A stretch of 63,445 bases of DNA, the filler included. It is 7 parts of 7 records of this genome, joined end to end, with 100 filler letters (N's around TTAATTAATTAA, not from the genome) between each part and the next. Parts side by side here need not be neighbours in the genome. Positions count along the whole stretch, not along the records: positions 26,368 to 37,073 come from SRR31147125_8626; positions 37,174 to 44,365 come from SRR31147125_8641; 5 more parts are not named here. One strand, given 5' to 3'. Each line of letters starts with the position of its first letter. Within the stretch, counting starts at the first letter, position 1. This document shows, piece after piece, positions 28,967-40,400 of the stretch. Both the position numbers and the translations under genes were made by a program. The notes under the pieces are model-generated. The model was not told the origin of the DNA. It ran no database searches and worked only from the letters and a program-made list of their open reading frames with translations.

Positions 28967-31900
28967 TTATGACTGAGTGTTAACAAAAATCTCTTCCCGG
29001 ATCACCGGCTCCACTGATTCTGGCGTGGGTTTTTCACCTTTAAAAAGCCAGAAAAAGTGGATTTTAATCTGATTGAACAGAACAAGTATAGATGGCAGCA
29101 TAAGTAATGTCAACAGCGTACCAAACAAGAGTCCATAAGCAACAGAAATCGCCATTGGAGACAGGAACTGCGCTTGAAAACTTTTTTCAAAAATGAGCGG
29201 TCCTAATCCGGCAATCGTCGTCAGAGACGTGAGTAATACCGGTCGAAAACGACTCAGACCAGCCTCATAGAGTGCTTTTTTAAATTCCTTTCCCTGTTTC
29301 AACAAACGATTCATAGCGCTCACAAAAACCAGGGAATCATTAACGACAATACCAGCCAAGGCAATGGTTCCAAATAGGGATAACATGCTGATAATATAAC
29401 CCTGGACAAAATGGCCCCATAATACGCCGATCAAGCTAAAGGGAATGAGCAGAAATACAATTATTGCCTGAGAAAAGGACCGAAAAGTGACAGCCACAAT
29501 GAAAAACATAACGATCAATACAAGAGGCAAGATGTTGCCCATAGCTCGTGTGGTTTTGGCGTTCTCACGGCTCTGTCCTTCAAAATTGAAACGGATATCC
29601 GGATATTGACGGACAATGTCCGGCATAATCTCAGCTTTAATATCCGCGATAATATCAGGCACAGATTCCATAGGATTGGCAATATCTGCTTCAACTTTAA
29701 TGACCCTCTGCGCATCTATATGATTGATGGACATCACACCGCGTTCAACAGTAAAATTAGCAATTTCCTGCAATGGGAATTCACGCCCATCTGCTAACCG
29801 AATCCGCATATCTTCTAATCGATCAAGTGTTGATCGATCATTTTGCTGGTATCGAACCCAAATTTTCACTTCATCAATACCCCGCAATAGACGCTGTGCC
29901 TCACCACCAAAAAAGCCACTTCGAACCTGACTCATAACATCACCGGTCGTCAATCCCAAAGCAAACGCTTTATCTTTCAGAGTAATATTCACTTCCTTCA
30001 ATCCCGGAGGATCATCATCAACCACATCTTTTAATTTATTCACTTTTCGAAGCTCAGACTTTAATTTTTCCTTAGCATCTCTGAGTTCATTGAGATTATT
30101 ACTGTGCAATGCGATCGATACAGGTTTACCCCACCGTGAATGCTCTCCGAATTCAAGTCTTTCCACTCCTTCAACATGCCCCACTTGTTCACGAATACGA
30201 TTTGTGACCTCCATACTGGACCATGTCCTCAATTCACCTTCAAGCAATGCCGCATCAAGGCTACCCTGATGAGTTCCCGGACCTATGGATCGTGAAATAG
30301 CTGTGATAATATCTCTATTTTCATCCTGAGACTGACTATAATTTTCATTTACAGCCCACACAGAATGCTCCATTTCAGACAAAAGACTGTCTGTAATGGC
30401 ATCAGGAGTACCTGCCGGCATTTGAAGGGTTATTTGAACACTATCATGTTCAATGATTGGGAAAAAGGTTGTTTTGATAATACTTCCTTTGACAGCGCCA
30501 ATGGTTATCAGGAATAACGCTACAGGAATCATAACAGCCACAAGCGGGTTATGAATACAAAATCGCAAGGCTGGCCCATAAAACCGATCCCGGATCCACT
30601 TTAACGACTTTTCTGTTATTTTCTCCAGCTTACTTTTCTGATCATTTGAAATTCGAAGAGCCCTGGAATGAGCAATATGCGAAGGTAAAATAAAAATACC
30701 TTCAATTAAAGAAACCATTAATGTAGCAGCAACCACAAAACCAAGGTCTTTTGCGCGATCTCCGAGACCACCTTCCAGGAAAAAGAAACTGAGAAAAATG
30801 ACAACAGTGGTTAATACAGACGCAACAACAGAGGGCAGCACCTCAACAGCTCCGTCTATAGCAGCCTGAATCGGTTTCTTGCCTTTTTCATGGTGCTGAT
30901 ATATATTTTCAGCAATAACGATACCATCATCAACCAGAATACCCAACACAAGTATCATGGCCATTAAAGACATCACATTGGCTGTCAAACCATAGATTGG
31001 ACCGATCATAAACATACCGGCAAAAGATACCGGAATGGCCAATGCAACCCAGAACGCAAGTCTGGGGTTTAATGACAATGACAAAAAAAGTAAAACGAGG
31101 ATCATTCCCAACATACCGTTGTTTGACAGAATGTCTATCCTTTCCTGGATAATATTTGAACCATCCCTTACGATAGACGCTTGCACGTCCTCATTTTTTT
31201 CATTAAACCTATCCAGATATCCTTTTACAGCATTGGACGCAAGGAAAAGATCTTCCTCATTTGTCGTATTAACATTGATAGAAACAGCAGGCTTGCCATT
31301 ATAATAAGCCCGATTGGGATCCTCAGACCATCGGTCGTAACAATCAGCAACATCTTTAACACGAATGACCGTGCCATTTGCCGTCGTTCTTATTACATGA
31401 TTCTCAAGCTCTTTGGCATAATAGCCCTTTGTGTTGGCGCGGATCAAAAGTTCTTCTTTTTTCCCTTTGATCTTCCCACCTGTCATTTTGACATTCGCCT
31501 TTTTAACAGCATTAGTGACTTCAGCAAAAGTAAGTCCATAGGCGCGGAGATCATTTTCACGAAAACTGATCTCTATCTCCTCTTCCGGAAAACCTGATAT
31601 GGTAACTTTGGAAATACCCTCTAATGCCAGTAAATCACGCTCGATTTTACGGGCATGCGATTTCAACTTTTTCAGCTCCACATCCCCGCTGAGGACAAAA
31701 TAAACGGCAAAATTCAATCTCTCCCGCTTGTAAATAGTAAGCCGCTCCATGCTCACCGGAAAAGAGCTGATCTGATCCACAGCATTCTTGACGTCCTGCA
31801 GCACAATATCAATGTTGTAGCCTGTCAATACCTCAACGGTTATTCTTGCTGAATTTTCCGATGAAACAGAAGTCACGCGCTCGACACCTGTGACACCTTT

Positions 31901-32115
31901 TAAATTATCTTCAATTTTAAGAACGATACCCTCTTCAATTTCTTCCGGGGAAGCACCCGGATAACTCGCGGTTATCATAATGGTCTTGCTTGGAATTGGC
32001 GGGAAAAAGTTGTTTTCAGATTTTTCAAGCCAAAGTATCCAAACAGGAAAATGGCTACCAAAATAACATTTCCCAGAATGGGATATTTAATAAAATTTCT
32101 AATGAGATTCTTCAT
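28967..32115 (-). CDS. RND efflux permease (AcrB/AcrF family); N-terminus split off by a 1-nt deletion at 32004-32008
   Basis: YPGASPEEIE, GILVDDGIVIAENI, GIVVNDSLV and RFRPVLLTSLTTIAGL; the upstream frame MKNLIRNFIKYP...TT(F)FPP joins after adding one base. Confidence 0.93.
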
Positions 32116-32133
32116 GACTCTTCCAATTTCTAT

Positions 32134-33252
32134 TTAGTTCATGGCAATCTGAGTGAGTTTCATACCATCGTAGGCATTTGTAATTGGCTGACCAAGAATC
32201 ATGGTCCCATCCACTAGTCCCTGGACAATAACCTGGTCATTCTCATTTTCAACAATGTCGATATGCTGCAGAGTCAATGTGGAATCTTTGACCGTATACA
32301 GTTTATCATGCCCGACAAGTATATTTCTCGGCAAGCGAATTGCATTTTTAATTGGCTCTGAGAGTATATTCGCTGTACAGTACATACCTTCCTTCACTCG
32401 TTGATCCCGGGTTGTAATATAGACTTTTACGGTTTGAGAACTCTTGTCGATAATGGCATTAATACGCTGAACCTTTCCCTGAAACGAGCTTGGCATATCA
32501 TCGGAAAATAGCGTAACAGGATCACCCGGTTTTAAATGTTGTACCTGAGCCACGCTTGCAAATGCTTCCAATTCATAAATATCAGTATTGGTAAATTCAC
32601 CCAGCTTTTGTCCAACGCGAACTAATGTTCCCGGATTTATATTTGATTCAGTCACCACACCTGCATAAGGAGCTGTTATTGCATATTTAGCCAGTGTGGC
32701 TTCCATGCTTTTAATCGTATAATACTGATCATATATGTTTCTGGAGGCAATATAATATTTTTCCTGGTCACTGCCTGGTTCCGGAATTGGCGATAATGTT
32801 TTTTCCAGCTCAAATTGCTGTAAATAGTGTTCCCATTTCGGTGCACTGGCAGGAAAATCAATGGACAAATCCGGCAAGAGTAATGTCAATTGATTCAATA
32901 AACTGCTTTTTTTCGCCAGCACATTATTCTTGAAAACAGAATCATCGATTTTTATAAGAGCTTCGCCAGTAGAGAATCGGTTACCTTCTTTAAATCGCTT
33001 TGGCGTATTCAGCAATATCCCGGACACCTCTGCATACAGCTCCACTTTATCCAGAGCACGGATATGACCGCTGATGTGAAATTCCGTCCGAATCGCTTCA
33101 TTTTTGACAGTTACTATTTTAACCTGTTTATTCGTTTGATTGACAGGTCTGCGTTTCATAGGTTTCTTTTGATTGCTTAACACCCCATTAATCAAAATAC
33201 CTACAACAATAATAGCTCCTGCAATCAGGATTGTTAACTTTTTATTCAGCAT
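32134..33252 (-). CDS. RND efflux membrane fusion protein
   Basis: N-terminal TM, ELYAEVSG, ITAPYAGVV...INPGTLV lipoyl-like halves. Confidence 0.9.
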   Translation of the reverse strand: MLNKKLTILIAGAIIVVGILINGVLSNQKKPMKRRPVNQTNKQVKIVTVKNEAIRTEFHISGHIRALDKVELYAEVSGILLNTPKRFKEGNRFSTGEALIKIDDSVFKNNVLAKKSSLLNQLTLLLPDLSIDFPASAPKWEHYLQQFELEKTLSPIPEPGSDQEKYYIASRNIYDQYYTIKSMEATLAKYAITAPYAGVVTESNINPGTLVRVGQKLGEFTNTDIYELEAFASVAQVQHLKPGDPVTLFSDDMPSSFQGKVQRINAIIDKSSQTVKVYITTRDQRVKEGMYCTANILSEPIKNAIRLPRNILVGHDKLYTVKDSTLTLQHIDIVENENDQVIVQGLVDGTMILGQPITNAYDGMKLTQIAMN

Positions 33253-33323
33253 TCTTTCCTCCGCTCAACGTTTTCTTTTTTTCTACATTAATATACGAAA
33301 CAGTTGTAAATCGGTTCTCTCAT

Positions 33324-33342
33324 AATTGTAACAAATCGTAAT
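33324..33342 (-). promoter_or_regulatory. Tandem direct-repeat response regulator box upstream of the efflux operon
   Basis: GTAAC-AAATC-GTAAT at 33328-33342 with 10-bp periodicity; near-identical copy at 35544-35558. Confidence 0.6.
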
Positions 33343-33442
33343 AAAATATGAGAACCGTTCAGCCTATTTGCTATTACGCAATAATCAGCTCTCGCAAGCC
33401 AAAATAATAGTTCAGTTACAATTTCATTATTGAATACTATTA

Positions 33443-34753
33443 TTACTTCTTAAAGGTAAGAAATACAGTTGTCCCCACAGAAAGGCGACTACTCATCTCT
33501 ATGGATCCTCCATGTGCCTCCATAATCTTTTTACTTAAATTCATTCCCAGACCATAACCGCCGGTCTCTTTTGAGCGCGATTTATCCACGCGATAAAAAG
33601 GCTCGAATATAAATGGCAGTTCCATTTCCGGTATCCCCTCCCCAAAATCCTGCACAGCAATAATAATTTCATCCTGTTTCTCTCTTAGTGATATCTCTAC
33701 CGGATATCCATCGGATTGCGAATATTTTAGTGCATTTGCAATAACATTATTAAACAGAATACGAATTCTTTTGGGATCGACATCCAGAATAATACTATCC
33801 GGAAAAGAGAGCATTTTCACACCGGGTTTTTGATTAGCAAAATCCGAACAGACATTGTCCATTAATTCTTTCAGATTTGTCTTTTTTAAATCCAGGCCAC
33901 CATGTTTACTTTCAAGTCGCTCTGTTTCCAAAAGTTCTGTAATCATGGTTTCCATTTCAGAAATATCTTCACGGATGTTTTGTTTGGCATTGCTTTCTTC
34001 AAGAAATTCCAGTGCGACATTTACGCGTGTCAAAGGCGAACGAAGTTCATGACTGACATCCAGCAACAATTGCTTACGGGCATGCAGCATTTCTTTAATC
34101 CGTCGAACCATCTCATTAAAAGAATTTACCAACTCTCCCAGTTCGTCGTTTCGCCTCGTTACCATCTCGTAATCCAGATTTCCGCTGCTTAATTCGTGTA
34201 CACCCTGGTGCAGGACTTTTACTGGTTTCAGTAACCAGCGTATGGTAAAATAGATCCCTATGATGATCAATGTCGCCGTTATAATGTTGATCAGAGCGTG
34301 TAATTCAGAAAGATATTGTAAATCTTCCTGTCTTGATCCCATTATAAATAGATATCGTCCTTTTTCTTTTTGAATATCGACATATAATCCTCTGTGCATG
34401 CCAACATGAATACGGTTATCTCCTTTATAATTCGCAAAATCCAAATCATCAAATTGGGGCATATCCTGACTGCTCGTCCATGTCATGCCCGAACCTTCAA
34501 AACGCATCTGAATGCCAAGGCTATCGACAAGTTGCCTGGCAAACACGGTATCCGGAGGACAACCCAGCTCCTGAATAATATATCGACTATAATTAACGCT
34601 ATTTTGTTGTATTTTGGGGAAATGGCGCTTGCGAAAAAGCGTTTGATGCGTGTATACAGAAACAGAGGTTATAACAAAATAGGCTGCCACAAAAACGAGC
34701 ACAATCTTGAGAAACAATGACCGGCTTATTTTTTGTTGAAAATCAATTTTCAT
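33443..34753 (-). CDS. HAMP-domain sensor histidine kinase
   Basis: Two TMs, HAMP (RNDELGEL), DVSHELRSPL H-box, NVIANALKY, DFGEGI, FEPFYR and GYGLG. Confidence 0.95.
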   Translation of the reverse strand: MKIDFQQKISRSLFLKIVLVFVAAYFVITSVSVYTHQTLFRKRHFPKIQQNSVNYSRYIIQELGCPPDTVFARQLVDSLGIQMRFEGSGMTWTSSQDMPQFDDLDFANYKGDNRIHVGMHRGLYVDIQKEKGRYLFIMGSRQEDLQYLSELHALINIITATLIIIGIYFTIRWLLKPVKVLHQGVHELSSGNLDYEMVTRRNDELGELVNSFNEMVRRIKEMLHARKQLLLDVSHELRSPLTRVNVALEFLEESNAKQNIREDISEMETMITELLETERLESKHGGLDLKKTNLKELMDNVCSDFANQKPGVKMLSFPDSIILDVDPKRIRILFNNVIANALKYSQSDGYPVEISLREKQDEIIIAVQDFGEGIPEMELPFIFEPFYRVDKSRSKETGGYGLGMNLSKKIMEAHGGSIEMSSRLSVGTTVFLTFKK

Positions 34754-35437
34754 CCTGCTCTTCTCCGATAAACATATAACCTGTTCCCCAAATGGTTTTA
34801 ATAAATCTGGGTTGTTTGGGATTTTCCTCCAGTTTTTGCCTCAGCCGGCTGATAAGGACATCCACAGAACGATTAAAAACATCCCATTCAATACCTCTTA
34901 TATGTTCCAGAATCTGGTCTCTGTTAAGCACTTTACCACTTTTACGAATAAACAAAGATAATATTTCAAATTCTGCGGTCGTAAGCTCAACAGGTTTCTC
35001 ATTTAGCTTTACAGTATGCTTGTTAAAATCAACAGTCAGCGGTCCGAATCGTTTAATCTCGGTTTTTACATCTCCATGTCCACGCCGCAATACTGTTTGT
35101 ATTCGGGCTACCAGTTCCCTGGGCTCAAAGGGTTTGGGCAAATAATCGTCAGCACCCAGTTCCAGACCGACAATTCGATCTGTCACCTCGCCTCGAGCGG
35201 TTAGCATGATAACAGGTATCGAAGAGTCCTTACGAATTTTCCGACAAACCTCAAAACCATCCATATCCGGAAGCATGATGTCTAATATCACCAAATCAGG
35301 TGCCTCCTGCTTGAGCAATTTCAAACCATCTTCAGGATGAGTCTCTGTGAGGACTGTGTATCCAAAATTTCCCAGATACTCAACAAGCAATCTGTTCAGT
35401 TTGGCGTCATCATCTATAACAAGAATCTTTTTTTCAT
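34743..35437 (-). CDS. OmpR/CpxR-family response regulator (true start at 35437; 1-nt deletion in the run at 35428-35434)
   Basis: LDIMLP, MLTARG, GADDYLPKPF, RSVDVLISRLR and IKTIWGTGY; adding one A restores MKKKILVIDDD. Confidence 0.93.
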
Positions 35438-35537
35438 ATCTTTACCCATGTTAACACCGAATGATTTCATTCAATGTATCATACAGTCATCTCTTACGCA
35501 ATATAAATATAAGACACATTCATAAATAAATGATGTC

Positions 35538-35558
35538 CAAATTGTAACAAATTGTAAC
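35538..35558 (-). promoter_or_regulatory. Tandem direct-repeat box upstream of the response regulator gene
   Basis: Perfect CAAATTGTAA-CAAATTGTAA repeat, containing GTAAC-N5-GTAAC. Confidence 0.6.
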
Positions 35559-35611
35559 AGGATCGAATCAGACACTCGTAAGATAAAAATAACATTTTTC
35601 ATTTATTGTTT

Positions 35612-35640
35612 TTGACATTTTCATAATTATGATTTATTAT
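35612..35640 (+). promoter_or_regulatory. Sigma70 promoter of the aldo-keto reductase gene with a palindrome in the spacer
   Basis: TTGACA-N17-TATTAT; TCATAATTATGA at 35621-35632. Confidence 0.6.
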
Positions 35641-35680
35641 TCACAAAAGAATCGAATCAGCAAATCATGAGGTGACAGGA

Positions 35681-36490
35681 ATGGATTTTCATGAAAAAAG
35701 AATTCTGGGAAAAACCGGATTAAAAGTCGGTCGTTTAGGCATTTCATCCAGTTTTGGCGCTCCGGCTCAGGCATTTGAAGAAGCATTTGATAAAGGCTGT
35801 AATTACTTTACCTGGGGAACCTTTATCAAAGGTCGATCCGATGAAATGAAAAAGGCTGTAAAAAACATTGTTGCCAATGGACGGAGAGAAGACCTGGTAT
35901 TAGCTTTTTTTACCTATGCTCATAACAGTTATTTGACAGAAACCTTTCTCAAACGTGGTCTCAATTCTCTGGGTATTGATTATATTGACGTCCTCTTATT
36001 GGGGTGGTTCAATAAACGTCCGGGCCGTAGAATTATGAATAGCGCATATAAGTTGAAACAAAAAGGCCTGGTTCGACATATTGGCCTGTCGAGCCATAAA
36101 AGAACATTATTCCCCCAACTTCTCAAGGATGACAATATTGATGTTTTTCATGTAAGATATAATGCCGCTCATATAGGTGCAGAAACAGACATTTTTCCCT
36201 ATTTAAATGGCAACGAAAAGCCCGGCCTTGTATCCTTTACCGCCACCCGCTGGCGCCAGCTTCTAGATCCGAAAAAAATGCCAAAAGATGAAAAACCACC
36301 CACTGCGACGGATTGCTACCGTTTTGTTCTCTCCAATCCTAGCGTCGATGTTTGTATGGTTGGCGCTAAAAATCTGCAACAAATGCGTGAAAACCTGACA
36401 ATCCTGGACAAAGGTTCAATGAAAAACGAGGAGCTGGCCAGAATGAGAAAAATTGGTGAATTTATGCATCGGAAAAAATTGCGTTTTTAA
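35681..36490 (+). CDS. Aldo/keto reductase family protein
   Basis: RILGKTGLKVGRLG, LGIDYIDVLLL, GLVRHIGLSSH, RFVLSNPSV and QMRENL. Confidence 0.85.
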   Translation: MDFHEKRILGKTGLKVGRLGISSSFGAPAQAFEEAFDKGCNYFTWGTFIKGRSDEMKKAVKNIVANGRREDLVLAFFTYAHNSYLTETFLKRGLNSLGIDYIDVLLLGWFNKRPGRRIMNSAYKLKQKGLVRHIGLSSHKRTLFPQLLKDDNIDVFHVRYNAAHIGAETDIFPYLNGNEKPGLVSFTATRWRQLLDPKKMPKDEKPPTATDCYRFVLSNPSVDVCMVGAKNLQQMRENLTILDKGSMKNEELARMRKIGEFMHRKKLRF

Positions 36491-36600
36491 AATGGATCAA
36501 ACTTACTCTTTTTGTTTAATCAATTACCTGTCATGATGTGAATAGTGAGGAGAGATTAAAATACTTTTATTCACCTCAATATCTCAATAACGAAAATAAT

Positions 36601-36636
36601 AAAGCCTCCGTCCCTGCCACGGTGACGAAGGCTTTT
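36601..36636. terminator. Probable bidirectional terminator
   Basis: AAAGCCT-CCGTC...GACG-AAGGCTTTT between convergent genes. Confidence 0.55.
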
Positions 36637-36693
36637 GGATAGAGGAGGAAATGTTTTACCATTTTCTCCTGGGAGGAGTTTTTACTTTATAAT

Positions 36694-37073
36694 CTAAAAT
36701 TCTTCACCTTCACCGCCCGAATCATCACCACCGCCCTCCTGACGCCTACGTTCGACCTTGTGATTATTGATATTCAGACTCAGATTCAGCATGACAACAG
36801 GCGAATTTCTGGTATATTCACGATAGGTATAAAAATCCGGTCCTGATGAAGTAAACTCATACCTGGCTGTATCAAACACATCCCTAACCTGCAATGTGGC
36901 TGTTAAACTCTTTTGTAAAAGCTCTTTCTTTAGAGCCATATTGACCATAAAAAAGTCTTCTCGTCTTCCCTGGGCTGATACTCTTGGACTGTTGTAACTA
37001 CTGTTTATCTGAAATCTGGTCGAGGTAGTCAATTTAAAAGAATTGTTGAACCGCATGCTCCAGGTAAAACTCT
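36694..37073 (-). CDS. Outer-membrane beta-barrel/TonB-dependent receptor, C-terminal fragment
   Basis: Alternating beta-strands, SAQG, LQVRDVFDT and VMLNLSLNIN, as in OMP_b-brl_3-type proteins. Confidence 0.7.
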
Positions 37074-37173
37074 NNNNNNNNNNNNNNNNNNNNNNNNNNN
37101 NNNNNNNNNNNNNNNNNTTAATTAATTAANNNNNNNNNNNNNNNNNNNNNNNNNNNNNNNNNNNNNNNNNNNN
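37074..37173. other. Artificial contig-joining spacer
   Basis: 44 N + TTAATTAATTAA + 44 N. Confidence 0.98.
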
Positions 37174-37404
37174 TACGTCCAATAGATTGTGAAATTCTAA
37201 AAACAGAATTATATCATCGTCTTTATCTTCTAATATTTTTATCTCGGGAGTAGGCGAAGGCGAAGACGTTGGAGTCGCAACAACGGGAGTTGCAGTGAGG
37301 ATGCTGGCTACATTGACTTCTGGCTGATAAGCACTGGCAAAAAACAAAATTCCCATTGCCACTGCAATAACAATACTGCCTATTATTAAAATTTTCTTTA
37401 TCAA
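37174..37404 (-). CDS. Membrane-anchored/exported protein with a Pro/Thr linker, 3'-truncated
   Basis: AGGAG RBS, KK plus a hydrophobic helix, TATPVVATPTSSPSPTP linker. Confidence 0.6.
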
Positions 37405-37473
37405 ACTATATTATGCTCCTTGAGTTTTACACTGTTTTTTAAATTTAAGACATACGAAGAGCAGAGCTCTTTA

Positions 37474-40400
37474 CTAATCTTCCCAGCGAATATAGGCGCC
37501 CCTTGTGTCTATATGAATATAGGTTTCATATTTTCCTACCCCGCCGTTTTCGTTAAGTTCGTCGCAGATATCATATAATTCATCTAAAGTAATCTCATCC
37601 GTCCAAATATCTGCCGCAGTGCCGTGGACATGTTCACTGTCTGTTTCACCGCCTAGTATTCTGTTGTAGTCTTCACATCTGTAGCCGGATATTACGTATA
37701 TTGTGACACCGCTTTCTTCTTTTATTTTTAGTATCAATTCAAGCAAGGCGGGGTCTATTCCATCCTCCGGAAGCCCTGAACAGTATTTGCCGTAGCACTG
37801 GCACATCAGCTGTCTTTCCAGTTTGCTGGGTTCGTCTGCGGTCTTTTCCATTACGTTAAATTCACTTGTATATGTGACGCTGGAACCGTCTTCTAACTTT
37901 ATGGTTGTTTGTATTTTCGCCCTTCCTGAGGATAAAGGCTTGATTTTGTTGTCATCGGTAATTTCACATATTTCAGGTGTCAGATTTTCGTATGTCCCTT
38001 CTAATACTTTGAAGGCATTAGTAGCTATGGACATTGAGCGCAGTTCATAGCTTTTACCGCTGTTTAAATACATGCCGTAAGGGGCATTTACAATTTCTGT
38101 GGCAAGCTCATATTTGTAAATAGGTATGCTGTACTGATATATTTCGCTGCCGGATAAGCGTACTGATATCAGGTATTTATCAGAAGAGCTATAATTTATT
38201 TCACCTACATCAAATGTATGAGAATAACTATAAGAGGATAATCGGTTTTTCCCATCTTCATATTTGTATAGTGTAGTGCTGTTTCCTGAATATGTAACGG
38301 CTATTTCTTCAACATCTGCATATTTTATAGTTATCTTGCCCTTTATAGTAATGGACTGATTTTCATGCATGTATGATATATCATTAGTAAAACTTTTAAA
38401 AGATATTTCAGGCTCCCGTTCATCTGAAAGAGCAGAATCAACCACAGAACGTGAATCGGCGCCGCCGTCATCGTTATCGTCATCAACGTCAGGTGCGCTT
38501 ATTACCCACCAGTCAGCCCATAACTCAATCGTTCCTGTAGTAGTTGACTCAATCGCTTCGAACTTATATTTTAGGGCGCAGCTTGAGTTGGTGTACCATC
38601 CGTCAAATGTATAATTATCTTTAGTAGGGTCGTCTAATAATATTGTATCGCCGGCGATGTAATAATCAGGGTTATCTTTGTCGTTGACGCCGCCGTTCAT
38701 GTGATATATTATTTCGTAGCCCTCTTTCCATTTTGCATACAGGGTCATGTTGCCCTCTACCGTGTCGCTTTTAAAGGACCATTCATTTTTCAGCGATTCA
38801 TCGGTATACCAGCCTAATAAAATATAGCCCTCTCTCTTAACATCGTCAGGCTCTGTTGCCTTTAACCCTTCAGGGACGACCTGAGCATCTGTGCTAGAGC
38901 CTTCGTTGGTCTGGAATGTAACTATACAAAGGAGCACATAGTCAATGCTGTTATCCTCTGCATAAATATGGGCAGCAGAGTCCTCATACACATAGAATGT
39001 GTGGGGAACATCAGCATATATAAAGCCGGAAATGCTGGTAACAGAAGATGGAAAGTAAATGTCCATACCGCTGGTTTCCGAGAATACATCCTCTACCGTC
39101 GTTACGCCATCTTTAATATAAACTGTTTCAATATTGTTTTTAAATGTTTTTTCATCCCCCTCGCTCAGGGTGGATATTGAGCCGGGTACTGTAACTTCCT
39201 TCAGATAGGAGTTATCAAATGCGGTGTATGAAATACCGGTTGTATTACTTGGAATGGTGTAGCTTGAAGACGTCCTTCCGCTGGGATATATAAGCAGGGT
39301 TTTAGTACTTGAAAATAGTACCCCGTCCTTGCTGTAAAATGAGGAATTATCTTCATCTACAATTACGTTTACAAGGGATGTACACCCTTTAAAGGGCTTA
39401 TATGGCGCTGTATAGGTTTGCAGCTTTTCCAGACTGGCAGGCAGATAAACCTCCCTTAAGCTGGTGCAGTCTTCAAATATGTATTCACTTCCTTCGTTAT
39501 TTGATGCTTCTATAGTATTCACTGATTCATAAAAGGTAATGTATTCAATGCTGCTGAATCCGTCAAAGGTGCCGCAGGCTATCTCATAAACCCATAGGTC
39601 ATCCATAACAGAGGGGACATATACATCCGTAGCAGTTCCTTTATATTCTGTGATTGTGCAGGTGCCGTCTCCATTGTCGGTATAGCTCCATTCGCTATTT
39701 GAGCCAATTGCTACAAAAGGAATATCCCAAAATTCAGCATATTCTTCTGCAGTAGAGCCGGGATAGCCCCAGATTTTCATATTATCTACTTCAGCAAAAG
39801 CAAATAAACCGAACTCAGTAACGCTTTCCGGGAGTACTAGTTTTTCAAGATCCATACACCTAAAGAATGCTGCCATGCCTATTGTAGTAACGCCTTCATT
39901 CATAATTACTGTATCAATATTAAATTGATTGCAGAAGGTAAATGAATCTATTGTAGTTATCCCGTCGGGAACTGTGTAGCTGGAGGCAGTTCTGCCTGCC
40001 GGATAGTAGACTAGGGTAGTTTTATCTTTTGACGTTAATACTCCATCTATTGATGAAAAGCTGGAGTTGCCGCTGCTTGCTTCAACATTAACCAGGCTTG
40101 GACAATATTCAAACGCACCTAAAATTGAATTTACAGAATCAGATATTGTCAATGTATTTAGATTCTGACAGCCTGAAAAAGAATAGCTTTCGAGTGTTGT
40201 GATTTTGCTGGAAATGCTGGCGGTTGTAATGCTGGTGTTTGATTTGCCTGCTGGGTAATTAAGAAGTGTTTTTTCATCCTTTGACAATAGCACATCGTTT
40301 TTTGATACATAGGCAGTATTTCCGGATTCGACCGATATGCTGCTAAGATTTGAGCAGTATGAAAATGCGCCGTATTCTATGTTTTCAACAGTTTCTGGAA

